Positions 21,492-31,375 of a stretch of 64,000 nt of DNA are shown here, in pieces. This stretch comes from Trichodelitschia bisporula (taxonomy: Eukaryota). The translations under genes were made by a program, and so were the position numbers. Numbering within the stretch: position 1 is the first letter of the stretch; each line of letters begins with the position of its first letter. The stretch is from NCBI GenBank assembly GCA_010356995.1, contig ML996687.1, forward strand, positions 249,803-313,802, written 5' to 3'. The notes beneath the pieces were generated by a model that did not search any database, was not told the DNA's origin, and saw only the letters and a list, made by a program, of their open reading frames with translations.

Positions 21492-23774
21492 TTAACCCTT
21501 AAACTCGTCGTTGGCCTTGCATCCATGCATGAACGAGTTCTTCGGCCACACATAGCCAGTGTCGTCCCTAAAGACAGATGAGCAACATTCCAAAAATGAA
21601 AAGAAACCGCTTGCCAATGCGTGATGTTGGGATTGCTGTAGGGAACTGGGTGCTTTGCAATATAATCAGTCGTCGGATATCCAGGCGGATCACAAGTGAT
21701 CATCACGTTGTCCTCGTCCTGATAGATACGGACATAATCAAGGCGCATCGTCGCAGGCATGAGATCCGCGAGGCCCGTGAGATTAAGCAGCGCAAAACCG
21801 TTCGACATGCCGAAGTTGATGACCATGGCCATGGGCTCCTCGGGGATGACGCGCTGCCCGATATTCCCGTTCGGTCCAAGAGAGCGAGCGTCCAAAGTCC
21901 AGGTTGCTTCTTCGCCAACGTACCACGTCACGGCACCTGTCCGTCCAGGGGTGTACTCGAAGGCATATTTCTGATACCATTTGCTGCTGCCGTCGTACCA
22001 GTGGTTGTTGAGGAAGGAGACTCCAGAGGCAGCTTGCTGATAGACGCTGCCTTGATATGTATTCATCTTCGTAATATGCGGGTTGTAAACTTCCACGAAA
22101 TCTGCGCCACTTAGTCCAATTTTGAAGCATGCAACAGCAGTGCTTACCGTAATCTGGCCTCCAGAGGACATCGAACGGTGCAACCTGAATGCTCTGTGAC
22201 GCAGAACCAACGGCATTTCCAAGCGGTGGATCAAGATAATCGACACTGGCCTCAACCGCATCGATCTCTGGAGCACTCCTTGACTTCCCGGGAGTCGGAT
22301 GGTCCTCTCCAAGACAAGTACACGCCGGCAGTCTCATGCCCGGTAGTCCGCTTAAGCCGGTTGGGTCACTCTGATTCGGGGTGATGCCCACGTCGCAAAT
22401 ATCGTCGTAAGTGTAAGGCCACATTCCGTCAGTTGTAGCCGCATATCCAGGCCGTCCGAGATTTCCCATGGCCCAGAACCCAGGCCAGAAGCCAATGGTG
22501 TCACCTCGTCCAGGCAATGAGATGCTGGCTTCCATATATCCTCCTTTGAAGCACATCTTATTCCAGGACTGGAGCATGCCGGAGCGGTAGTTCAGGTAGT
22601 GGTTTTGGAAGGCATCGAAGCGGATGTTGAGCGTCCCATTCCCCGTTGTCACCGCATCTGGATCGTACCACTAGCCAGTTTAGCAAAGGCCTTGAAGCCT
22701 TAAAGCAAGGACCCGACTTGCCTGCAAATCTGCTGTCACACCATACCACAGATCAACTGCTTGGAAATATGGATCATCGCCGTCGTAAAAGGTCCGCCCA
22801 TCCTTGTTAAATTCGTCCGAAAACTAGCGGGAAGTGAGAAAGGCAGTCAGGGACATCAAATGATAAAAGTACCACTAGCCTCTGCTTCTTCCCAGTAAAT
22901 GTCGTTCTAGTCATCGCTGACTGTGGGGTATCCGGATCTATGAGACCCTGTCTCACGTTCTTCAACAGCGGCATGTTCGGGGTATCCAAGCACATGGGAT
23001 CCTTTGCACAATGGTCATACGCCGGCTGATTGAATCGTTCAACGAAGGTCCTGTCGGAGTTAGCAGTCTGTCGCGCAGGCGCGTGGAGAGACTGACTCAC
23101 AGCATTGGATATCCAATGAACAGCATTAAAATCCCCAGCGTCAGTAGTATCAAGCCGCCACAGTTAAGCAGTCCCCGCCTGGAGGTGCAATCGCAGTCAT
23201 TCTCTAGATCATTTGGGTCCGGAGTGTGCATATCGTCGTCCTTCTCAACGTCCTCTGGGAAGATGATCAGATCAGACGAGGGAAAGATGCCATATTTTTC
23301 CCCAACGGTCTGCGTGTTGATAAAGTCATCCTCCAGGTATGACGGGGTATTCAGATCATCAAGTGAGCAAGCGAAGGGGCTCCGGCTGTTGCGACTGAGC
23401 GCAGAATCCTCACTGCTCCAACTCGGTTGACGAGGGGGGAAGGCTGACGGTTGCAGCGGTGGAGTGTCCTCTTTCGAATCATTGTCAGGGGGATTGTCTA
23501 CAGTCAAGAGGATATCAGGCGATACTCCTCCCCTCGGTGACTCGCCGCCGTGTCTGTAGCGCGAATGCGAGGGCACTGGTGAGATTCTGCCGTGATTCGC
23601 TTCACGCAAGAGGTATGGCGGAAGGTAGTACACCGTTGGTTGAAGCGGGCGCTGTAGCGGTTGAAGGCCATCGGTTAGGCGGGTTAGAATGTTTTCCATG
23701 CCAGAGTTCAGCCGGATGTGCGGCGTGCTTTGCCGCGAGGGTCCGCTGTCGGAGTATTTGCTTGATCCCGACAT
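21492..23774 (-). CDS. KRE6: Beta-1,6-glucan synthesis-associated GH16 protein (Kre6/Skn1); introns 23051-23100, 22824-22872, 22671-22721 (GC-AG), 22102-22147, 21568-21614 (GC-AG)
   Basis: Type II TM helix ([17 protein letters not shown]), [36 protein letters not shown]16 motif APEIDAVEA, and C-terminal [10 protein letters not shown]. Confidence 0.92.
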
Positions 23775-24420
23775 CGTCTCAAAGCGTTCTGGAGGTGGCC
23801 AGCGCCTCGTCGCTGCGATGCAATGTTGCTGTCCGTCTCAAGATACTGAATCCGTTGCAAGTGAAGGAGATGACTGAGAACCAAAAAAAGCTCTACGCCA
23901 TGGGTGCAACAGGCGATAGAATGCAGTGAGTCTGGCTGAGAAACAACAGAGAGTGACAGGTCAGTATATTGAGGTAGGCAAAACAGAAACGGGCTGGGAA
24001 GAAGGATAGAGGTAATGGCCGTAGCCCATAGGCACGGAATTCGGAAACTGCATGCTGGGGGGGATAGGAGTAGCAGGCGATACAGTCGAGCTTGCTATGG
24101 GCATCTTTCAGAAAGAAGCATAGAACACAAATGAGCGAGTCTCTATTAGAGAGAAAGAACAGCAGAGGTCCTTCGTCTGTACTAAGGAAGGAGCGCATTT
24201 CTGTATTCCGGTTGCCGTGAGCATACGGGTAGTGCCGGTTGGCGCCAAATAGTGTGGCATTAACCTCCTCGTCACGTTCAAAGTCCAGACGGAATACTAC
24301 GATTTTCCTGGGGCCAATCCGCTGCATCAGACCGTCAGCTGGGTAACCGAAAGAAGGGATGAGGTTGGGAAGGACTGTCGTTACATACCAAGATAGACGC
24401 GTGTCAGCCACACGGTGCAA

Positions 24421-24450
24421 GGACCAACTGTGCGAGGACCAACTGTGCGA
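24421..24450. repeat. Perfect tandem duplication of the 15-mer GGACCAACTGTGCGA, followed by an A13 run at 24481-24493
   Basis: Read directly from the sequence. Confidence 0.85.
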
Positions 24451-24568
24451 CATCACCTCTTGCTCTGCTGCAAGGAACGCAAAAAAAAAAAAACATCAAA
24501 AATTTCCATAGTCAATCTGGGCGCACTGCCACTCATACGCACAACGGCTTCATCCTCCCGGCACCATC

Positions 24569-25063
24569 TCAGGACTCAATTGAAAGAGCCTTCAATCCGA
24601 CCACCCTCTCCCCCTTCTTGTCCACACTAACCACGAAGTACTCCACCCTCGTGCCATCCAGCACTACCTTAAAGAAGTGCAGCTTTCCATCACCGGCCTT
24701 TCCGACTGCATCAACGACCTTGGCATATTCACCCTGGGAATCGAAATCCTCCTGCTTGATCTTCTCGGCCTTATCCCCAATCAACTTGCCGAATTCCCCT
24801 TCTGAAATCAGCTTCATCGCCCCAGATCAATGGGAAGCAAGCAGACCTTCTGACAGTTCCACATCGCGACTCCATTTCAAACTAACGGGCTCAAACGGTT
24901 CATCTGCCTCGGAAACATAGTACTCCTCGACGCCGAGCAGCGCAGCCGGAACATCCGTATCGACGGCCTTGTTCCTGACCTCACCCTTCGACTCTTCGGT
25001 TGGATAGCCCGTGTCCTGGTTCGCCTTGTCAAGGAAGGCGGCGTAATCCTCGTCGCTGCCCAT
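24569..25063 (-). CDS. Small acidic protein resembling nuclease A inhibitor NuiA; intron 24802-24846 (NAGNAG acceptor); optional in-frame N-terminal extension from ATG 25318
   Basis: MGSDEDYAAFLDKANQD...YYVSEADEPFEPV...|GEFGKL...RVEYFVVSVDKKGERVVGLKALSIES*. GTCTGC donor, CTGAT-type branch point, CAG/AAG acceptor. Confidence 0.8.
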
Positions 25064-27175
25064 GGTGGATGGAGTAGAGCGGAAGGCGCGGTTTCGGAGT
25101 GTGAATTGAGTGCAAGATGTTACGGCGGGGCTTGCACGGATATCGGTAGTTATTCGCTGATGGCCGAAGTGGTGGTGGCGTAGGCGAGAAAAGTTATAGC
25201 AGGTCGAAAGGTTTTGTTCACGGATGATTGTCCGAGTGTACACTGTATACTGCAGGCATGAATGATATCGAGGGAGGAAGCAAGCAGGCAGGCGGAATGA
25301 CATAATGGGCCTTGGCATCTACTGGACGTTGGTGTTCGAGATCTTTGGGGCACGAGCGTGACGAGGTACTAACGCGTCGTGCGCGTATCTAGCGGGAGTG
25401 GCGGCCCAATAAGACTGTCCCCCTGGAACTGGGGAACGGGCGTGACGGGGAACGGGGTACTCACCAATCCCTCCTCACTCGCTCACTATCTCCCTGACCC
25501 CACCGATCAGTTGCCCCTCCCCACGAGGGTGAAAACGACAATACGCACGCATACTGCCCCTCTACTGCAGAGTGACAGCTTCACGCTGACGACATCAACA
25601 TAGCAGGCGATAAACAATCATCCAAACTCGATCTGTGCATGCAGATGGATGTCCAAACTACACTTGACAAGTTTGTTGAATCTCTCTCCGTTGTTGCGAC
25701 TCAGAGTGAGTGAGGAAGAGCAAGGACGAATGAGGAAGCAGGCACGGCAGACACCAATGACGAGAAAGTCTGGGGTGAGCTCTCCATCTGACAAGGGTCT
25801 GGACGATGCTCTAGACGCCAAGTGGTTGTCAAAGCCAACATCACTTCATAAACCCCAAAGTCAATTCCAAGGGGCCCAACACCCGGATTCTCGAGATAGC
25901 GTTTCCGTGATACCCTAGATGGCCATATATCCACGAGCTGACACGCCTGGAGCCTTTAGCAGGCCGTTAACAACGGCAGTTCGCCGTTAAGCCGTTTGGT
26001 CACGTGATCAGCCACGCAGTCCTCTGCACAACATGAAATCGACCTGACAGGATCTAAATCAAATTCAGAAAAGTCTGTTTCTTGAAGCCAGAAGCTCAAT
26101 GAAGTGTCTATATAGTGGGTGCAATAGCACGTGTAGAGGCGCTGCAGTCCACTCGAACCCCTGCTGCCTGCCGGGCTAAGCATCTGGAGTCTTTCCAGGA
26201 CTGAGGCCCCCCCCCATCACTTCCCATCCCCAGAGCATCCCATTTTCCTCTCACCACCCATGCCCGTAGCGAATTTCTTCAACGACATCTAATGAACTAG
26301 CCGTGCACAGATTTTGCATTAGCTTCGGTACGAGTTTGAAAAACGTATGAGCCATCTCTCTTTAATTTCTGTTGGTCGGGGACAGATGCCCGAGTGTCGA
26401 CCCAGCCTTGCAATATGATTAAGCAACGGCCAGCAATGCGGTGATGCAAGCTCATATCTGGAAGTCTGCATCATCGGTAGCCCGTTAGAAGCAAAAGGAG
26501 TCATTGAGAATTCCCTAGAGCAATGAGCCGTTCGATGCACAAAAGCCTCCGACCCGGTTGTCAATCGTAAAGTAGGTGAGCCCAACCGTGGACTGGCTGA
26601 GGTGCACTCTGTGAAATTGGAGAGCTGGCACCCTCTGAAGGCGTCCCAGGATGCATCTGGACCCAACAAGCAAGTCCGTAGGCTCAAATCGGACTGGTGC
26701 GGCTGTATAAATGCGAAATACCATGAACAAGGCTGGAAATCTCCAACGAAGCCTGTCAGCCGGATAATGAGCGTACTCAGCATATCCAATGCCTCTGGCC
26801 GTTCCAAACCACAAACTGGTATCATTGGGGGCCCTGTACGAATGCTGCAAATGAGAAGGGGATTACCGCGTGCGTAGCCAGGTGAGGAGGGGTCGGGGGT
26901 CGGATGTCCAGCACATGCGCCAAGGAACTGACCTGCACTTAAAGGACGCATCCCCCCCCCAGGATCGAACTCTCTTCCTCGTCGCCCGTGCCCCAACACC
27001 CATTCCTTGCCCCCCCAAACCTTCTTCTCTCACCCACACCCCATCTCTTCCTGTTGCGTTGCCAACGTTCATGCACTAGGTCGGGTGCACCAAAATCACA
27101 TCTGTCATTTTTCTCCCCCTCATTTATCCCCCCTCAACTGTCCGGCATCGATTGGGTCGGTTGCGCAACGCCAGC

Positions 27176-27793
27176 ATGTTCGTCATCGCACCGATTGCGT
27201 CCTTCTTCACCGTTCTCCGAAAGACGTACAGAGTCGCCATTGCCATCCTCTCTGCAATGGGGCTCCACTTCGAAAATCTGCCTTATCGGCAGAAAGAAGC
27301 TGATGATAAAAAAATCGCCCGCACGACAACTGAGGTAGGTGGTCAGGCCATGTCGGCAGACTCCAACGGAGCGAATGCCAACACCGTGCAGCTACCATTT
27401 AACCGGGCGAACGTTGATTCTTCGGGGACCACCGTGCCCGCGGCTGGCGAAAATGTTAGCCCGATCGACAACCCCAACAATGTATGGGAAGAAACGATGA
27501 CTCTGCAATCTCCACCTACCGCTGCGCAGCTGCCAGTCAATCCCGACAGCGCCGAATGGGACTCGGAAATAATTCCACGTATGCCACCTACGCCTAGGAT
27601 GCGGCATGTGGATCTACCGCAGAACTACGGCGACGAGCACGGTCTCTTTTGCGAGTGCTACGCTTGCGCACGCAAATGGAAGCACTCGTCCCTTTGCGTG
27701 TGCTACAATTGCAAACGCAACGGGAAAGGCGCAGCCCATCCGTCGGCACGTCCTGCTCGGGTCTCGACATCCGCAAAGAGGCACACTCCCTAA
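27176..27793 (+). CDS. Hypothetical protein with a C-terminal tandem HxxxCxCxxC (putative zinc-binding) repeat
   Basis: ATG-initiated ORF of about 205 aa with HGLFCECYAC and HSSLCVCYNC. No family recognised. Confidence 0.5.
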   Translation: MFVIAPIASFFTVLRKTYRVAIAILSAMGLHFENLPYRQKEADDKKIARTTTEVGGQAMSADSNGANANTVQLPFNRANVDSSGTTVPAAGENVSPIDNPNNVWEETMTLQSPPTAAQLPVNPDSAEWDSEIIPRMPPTPRMRHVDLPQNYGDEHGLFCECYACARKWKHSSLCVCYNCKRNGKGAAHPSARPARVSTSAKRHTP

Positions 27794-29351
27794 GGCTTCA
27801 CCTTATCGACTGGTGGCTGAGACACTTGTGTATGCTGTACAAACGCCAGACTACAGCAATTGATCCGTTTTGCTTAAGTTAGGCCCGGGCACTCCATCCC
27901 ATTCCCTAAACACAAACTAAGGGATCAGTCTTCCTGCGAGCATAGCAGCTTTCGTAACCAGGTGCATTCTTGACGAAACGAAGTTCAGGTGGCGGTACCC
28001 GACCGAGGGTGGAGTCTGCTGATTGGGCGACGGGAGGTCCCCTTGGTTACTGCGATTCCTGTTTACGAGCGATGATTTGATGATTTGATGCTATGTTGTC
28101 GTTCCAATGTTTTGAAGCTGCGGGTGGTTTTGCTGATCGAGACACCGCTACAAATTGGGATGATGGCATAGGTTGGGACAACGCGGTGCATTTCTTTAAC
28201 CTTGCGCTGTTAGCGGGTGTACAGATGCTACGAAAATTGAGCGTACGAGCGCCATACCATGTTTGAAAAGAGGAGGATTGTCAAGTATTCAGCTTCAGTA
28301 CGTAATTTCAAGTCCCTGCGTTCGCAGCATATTCGCCAAGAATTGTGATACAGTGACAGCTGGTTTGAGATGCTCGGGCACAGTGACAGGAGTCACGAAG
28401 CATCGCTTAACAGGCAAGTCAAAGACCGAGGGAGGAGCAGCTGCTAACACTCGCTAGGATTGTGGCAGCAAGCGGGCGTGCCGCGAGGGCACCGATGGGT
28501 TTCGGCCCGATGGCCGCAATTCACGAAAAAAAACAGTACAAGGGTTCGAACGAAAAGCTTTGGCTCCCCTACCATCCATTTTCTGGCCCCAGATCAGAGG
28601 AGAGGCGGGAAAAGGCTGAACAGATGGATGTGAGTGATGAGGTGAAGTTGAAGCACCCTTGTTGATGAAGGCGGCCTGGCTTGTTGTGCCGCCAAGCATA
28701 CGGGTAGTTGGCTGGAGCTATCTGCCGCTGACAAAGGGTTGCAGGGATGTAGAGATGGGCCGAGCGTCGCCTTGAGGATGCTGACGATAACTTCAGAGTT
28801 AATGGATGAGCCTCTTGCCATAGTGAAACGGTGCGGTGGATGAAGGGGATTTGAAGGAGGGCGTGCCGAGGCATTCAGCTGGCTTGACGTGGAGGAGACG
28901 AGCGGAACGATCTGAGACATCACGAAGTTCGAGCGCCAAGCTTTTTACCTGGAGATGGGAAAGGTTCACTGTCCTGACTCCAGCTGTGAAGGCTACTTGA
29001 AGGGAAGATTCGTCAAGGCATTCGCTGGCTTGACCTTGAGGAACGAGCAACACGATAACTACAGCGATGACCACAGAGATCTCGAAGCCCAAGCACATGT
29101 AATTCACCTGAAGATGGTAGAGCTTCGGTATTCTGACTTCAGTTGAATAGACAACTGTGAAGGAAGCTAGTCGAGCAACGCGTCTGAAATCTAGGCGGAG
29201 AGACGATGACATGTGTCTTCGATGCCGAACAAGCTCGTTGCTGTCTCTAACTCGCACCTCCTAACGAACCCAGACTCCACAACCATGCTAGCGCAAATAA
29301 CCACCCATTATGCCCATCCGAACGCCCCATCCCGGAACCACACACCCATTA

Positions 29352-29989
29352 TCACTCCTCCTCCCCAAACACAATCTCCACCAGCGCCATAAACTCCCTC
29401 ACCCCCTCCTCCTTCTCCACCAGCCGCGACAGGACCTCAACCGCCACATCATCCGCTTTCTCCTGCGTCCACTGGCCCTCCACCCGCGGCATACCGGGCG
29501 GCGGCTCCCAGACTGGCTTCTTATCCTCGTCTCCGTCCTCGTCACGATATAACTCGGCTGCCGGGACGGCGGGGTTCAGCGTAGCGGTGTAGATTTGGCG
29601 GAGTTGGCTGCGCAGGTGTGGGTACTTCATGAAGAGAGGGAGGAAGGCGGGGTGGTTTCGGAGTGCGAGGAAGGGGTTCTGTTGTGGCGAGTCTGACGGC
29701 GCGGTCGGCTGGGAGGACGCCTCGCGGATGGTGGTGGAGCTCGCGGATGTGTTCTCAGACTTGGTGGTAGGAGGTGAAGACGAGTTCTCGGCCTTGGTGG
29801 TGTTTTGCGGGGTGGTATCTTCGTTCTCATGGACCAGAATATGCTCTTTGAAGCATTTGATCGAGCAGCTGCAAACGCATCAGCAAGACCGCTCCAACCC
29901 AGACAAGACACAACATACTACGGAAGCTGGCAGTGCGGACACTTATACTTCGGTGACGCCTCCTTGCAAACTCCACAAGTCGTCGCCAT
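29352..29989 (-). CDS. HIT1: zf-HIT protein (Hit1/ZNHIT3-like, box C/D snoRNP assembly); intron 29869-29918
   Basis: Spliced N-terminus MATTCGVCKEASPKYKCPHCQLPY|CSIKCFKEH; C-terminal YPHLRSQLRQIY...GVREFMALV. Confidence 0.82.
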
Positions 29990-30203
29990 CGTCTCTCAAC
30001 TTCTCGTCGCGCAAACAATTTCAGACGTGTCGTCCCTTGCAGCGGGAGCTAGAACTAATAGCCGCGTCGCCGTTGCGGCAACGGCGGCGGGGAACCCTCC
30101 GCCGCGCGCCAAGCCCGTCAAATCTTCCGCATCACATCACCAAATGCTCAACTCCATCCCATCCCATACACCCCGCTCCGGAGTCTCACACAGCCCTGCC
30201 CCA

Positions 30204-31166
30204 ATGCCGCCTCCCCGACTCCCGCGCGCCTTTGCGCAGCTCCCTCGACCCTCGCCCTGGACATGTCGTTCATGTCGCCGCCCCATCGCGCCTTTGCGGA
30301 GCTTCAGCGCGCCGTTACGTAGCTTCACCAGCCCCGCCCGGCGCTCCCAGCAGTACCAGCAGTCGCAGTACTACGAAGCAGGCAGCGCAGTACCGACCAT
30401 GGAAGCCATGCGCGCGCAGTACCGGCGGAAGAACCAGACGCTGATGTTCGCGATCCCTCCCCTCCAACCCAAGCCACCCTGACGCGCGGCAGGTACTACA
30501 CGCTAAGCGTGATCCTCGGCACCGTGGCGCTGAGCTACGGATCCGTGCCTATGTACAAGATGGTGGGTTTGGGGTGTGAGAACCCGAGGGAGGAGGGCTG
30601 ATTCCCGCAGATATGCCAGCAAATGGGCTGGGGCGGGCAACCGATCAAATCGGCCAGCCACTTCGGCGGCGGCGACGGCGACGCAGCAGCGCGCCTAACA
30701 CCCGTGACAGACGGGAAACGGATTCGGATCACATTCAACGGGAACGTCTCCTCCGTCCTACCATGGAAATTCGTCCCCCAGCAACGCGAAGTACGCGTCT
30801 ACCCCGGCGAGACAGCTCTGGCGTTCTACACCGCGACGAACACAAGCGACGACGACATCATTGGGATCGCGACGTACAGCGTGACGCCGGGGCAGGTGGC
30901 GCCGTATTTCAGCAAGATACAGTGCTTTTGCTTTGAGGAGCAGAGGCTGAATGCGGGGGAGACGGTGGATATGCCGGTTTTCTTTTATATTGATCCTGAG
31001 TTTGCGAATGATCCGAGTATGAAGGGGATTGAGACGGTTACGCTGAGTTATACGTTTTTCAGTAAGTTGAGCTTGGGTGGTTGGTGTGGTTTTGCTGCGC
31101 TGACTAGGCGCAGAGGCGAAGTACGATCGGGAAGGGCATTTGAGACCGGTGCCGATGAGTATGTAA
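30204..31166 (+). CDS. COX11: Cytochrome c oxidase copper chaperone Cox11; introns 30446-30492, 30563-30610, 31062-31113; alternative start at 30144
   Basis: Arg-rich presequence, TM segment ending SYGSVPMYKM|ICQQ, copper motif KIQCFCFEEQRL, and DMPVFFYIDP. Confidence 0.95.
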
Positions 31167-31375
31167 CGGGTAGATATCATCTCCACTCCGAATTGGTTCC
31201 AGGTGATGAACACACGCATACAGCTTCGAAAACACGAGACTCGGGGCCAGGATATTGACATTGCATCGACCTCTAGCAATAACTCTACGGGTTCAGTCTA
31301 GGACCTCCCAACACCTCCGACCCCGGGTTCAACCAACTCCACGCTGAAAATACCAACCCAAAGGACGCCATCCTC

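Noticed and set aside
28450..29260. Several 60-150 aa ORFs on both strands
   Set aside because: No family motif and no consistent exon chain could be built.
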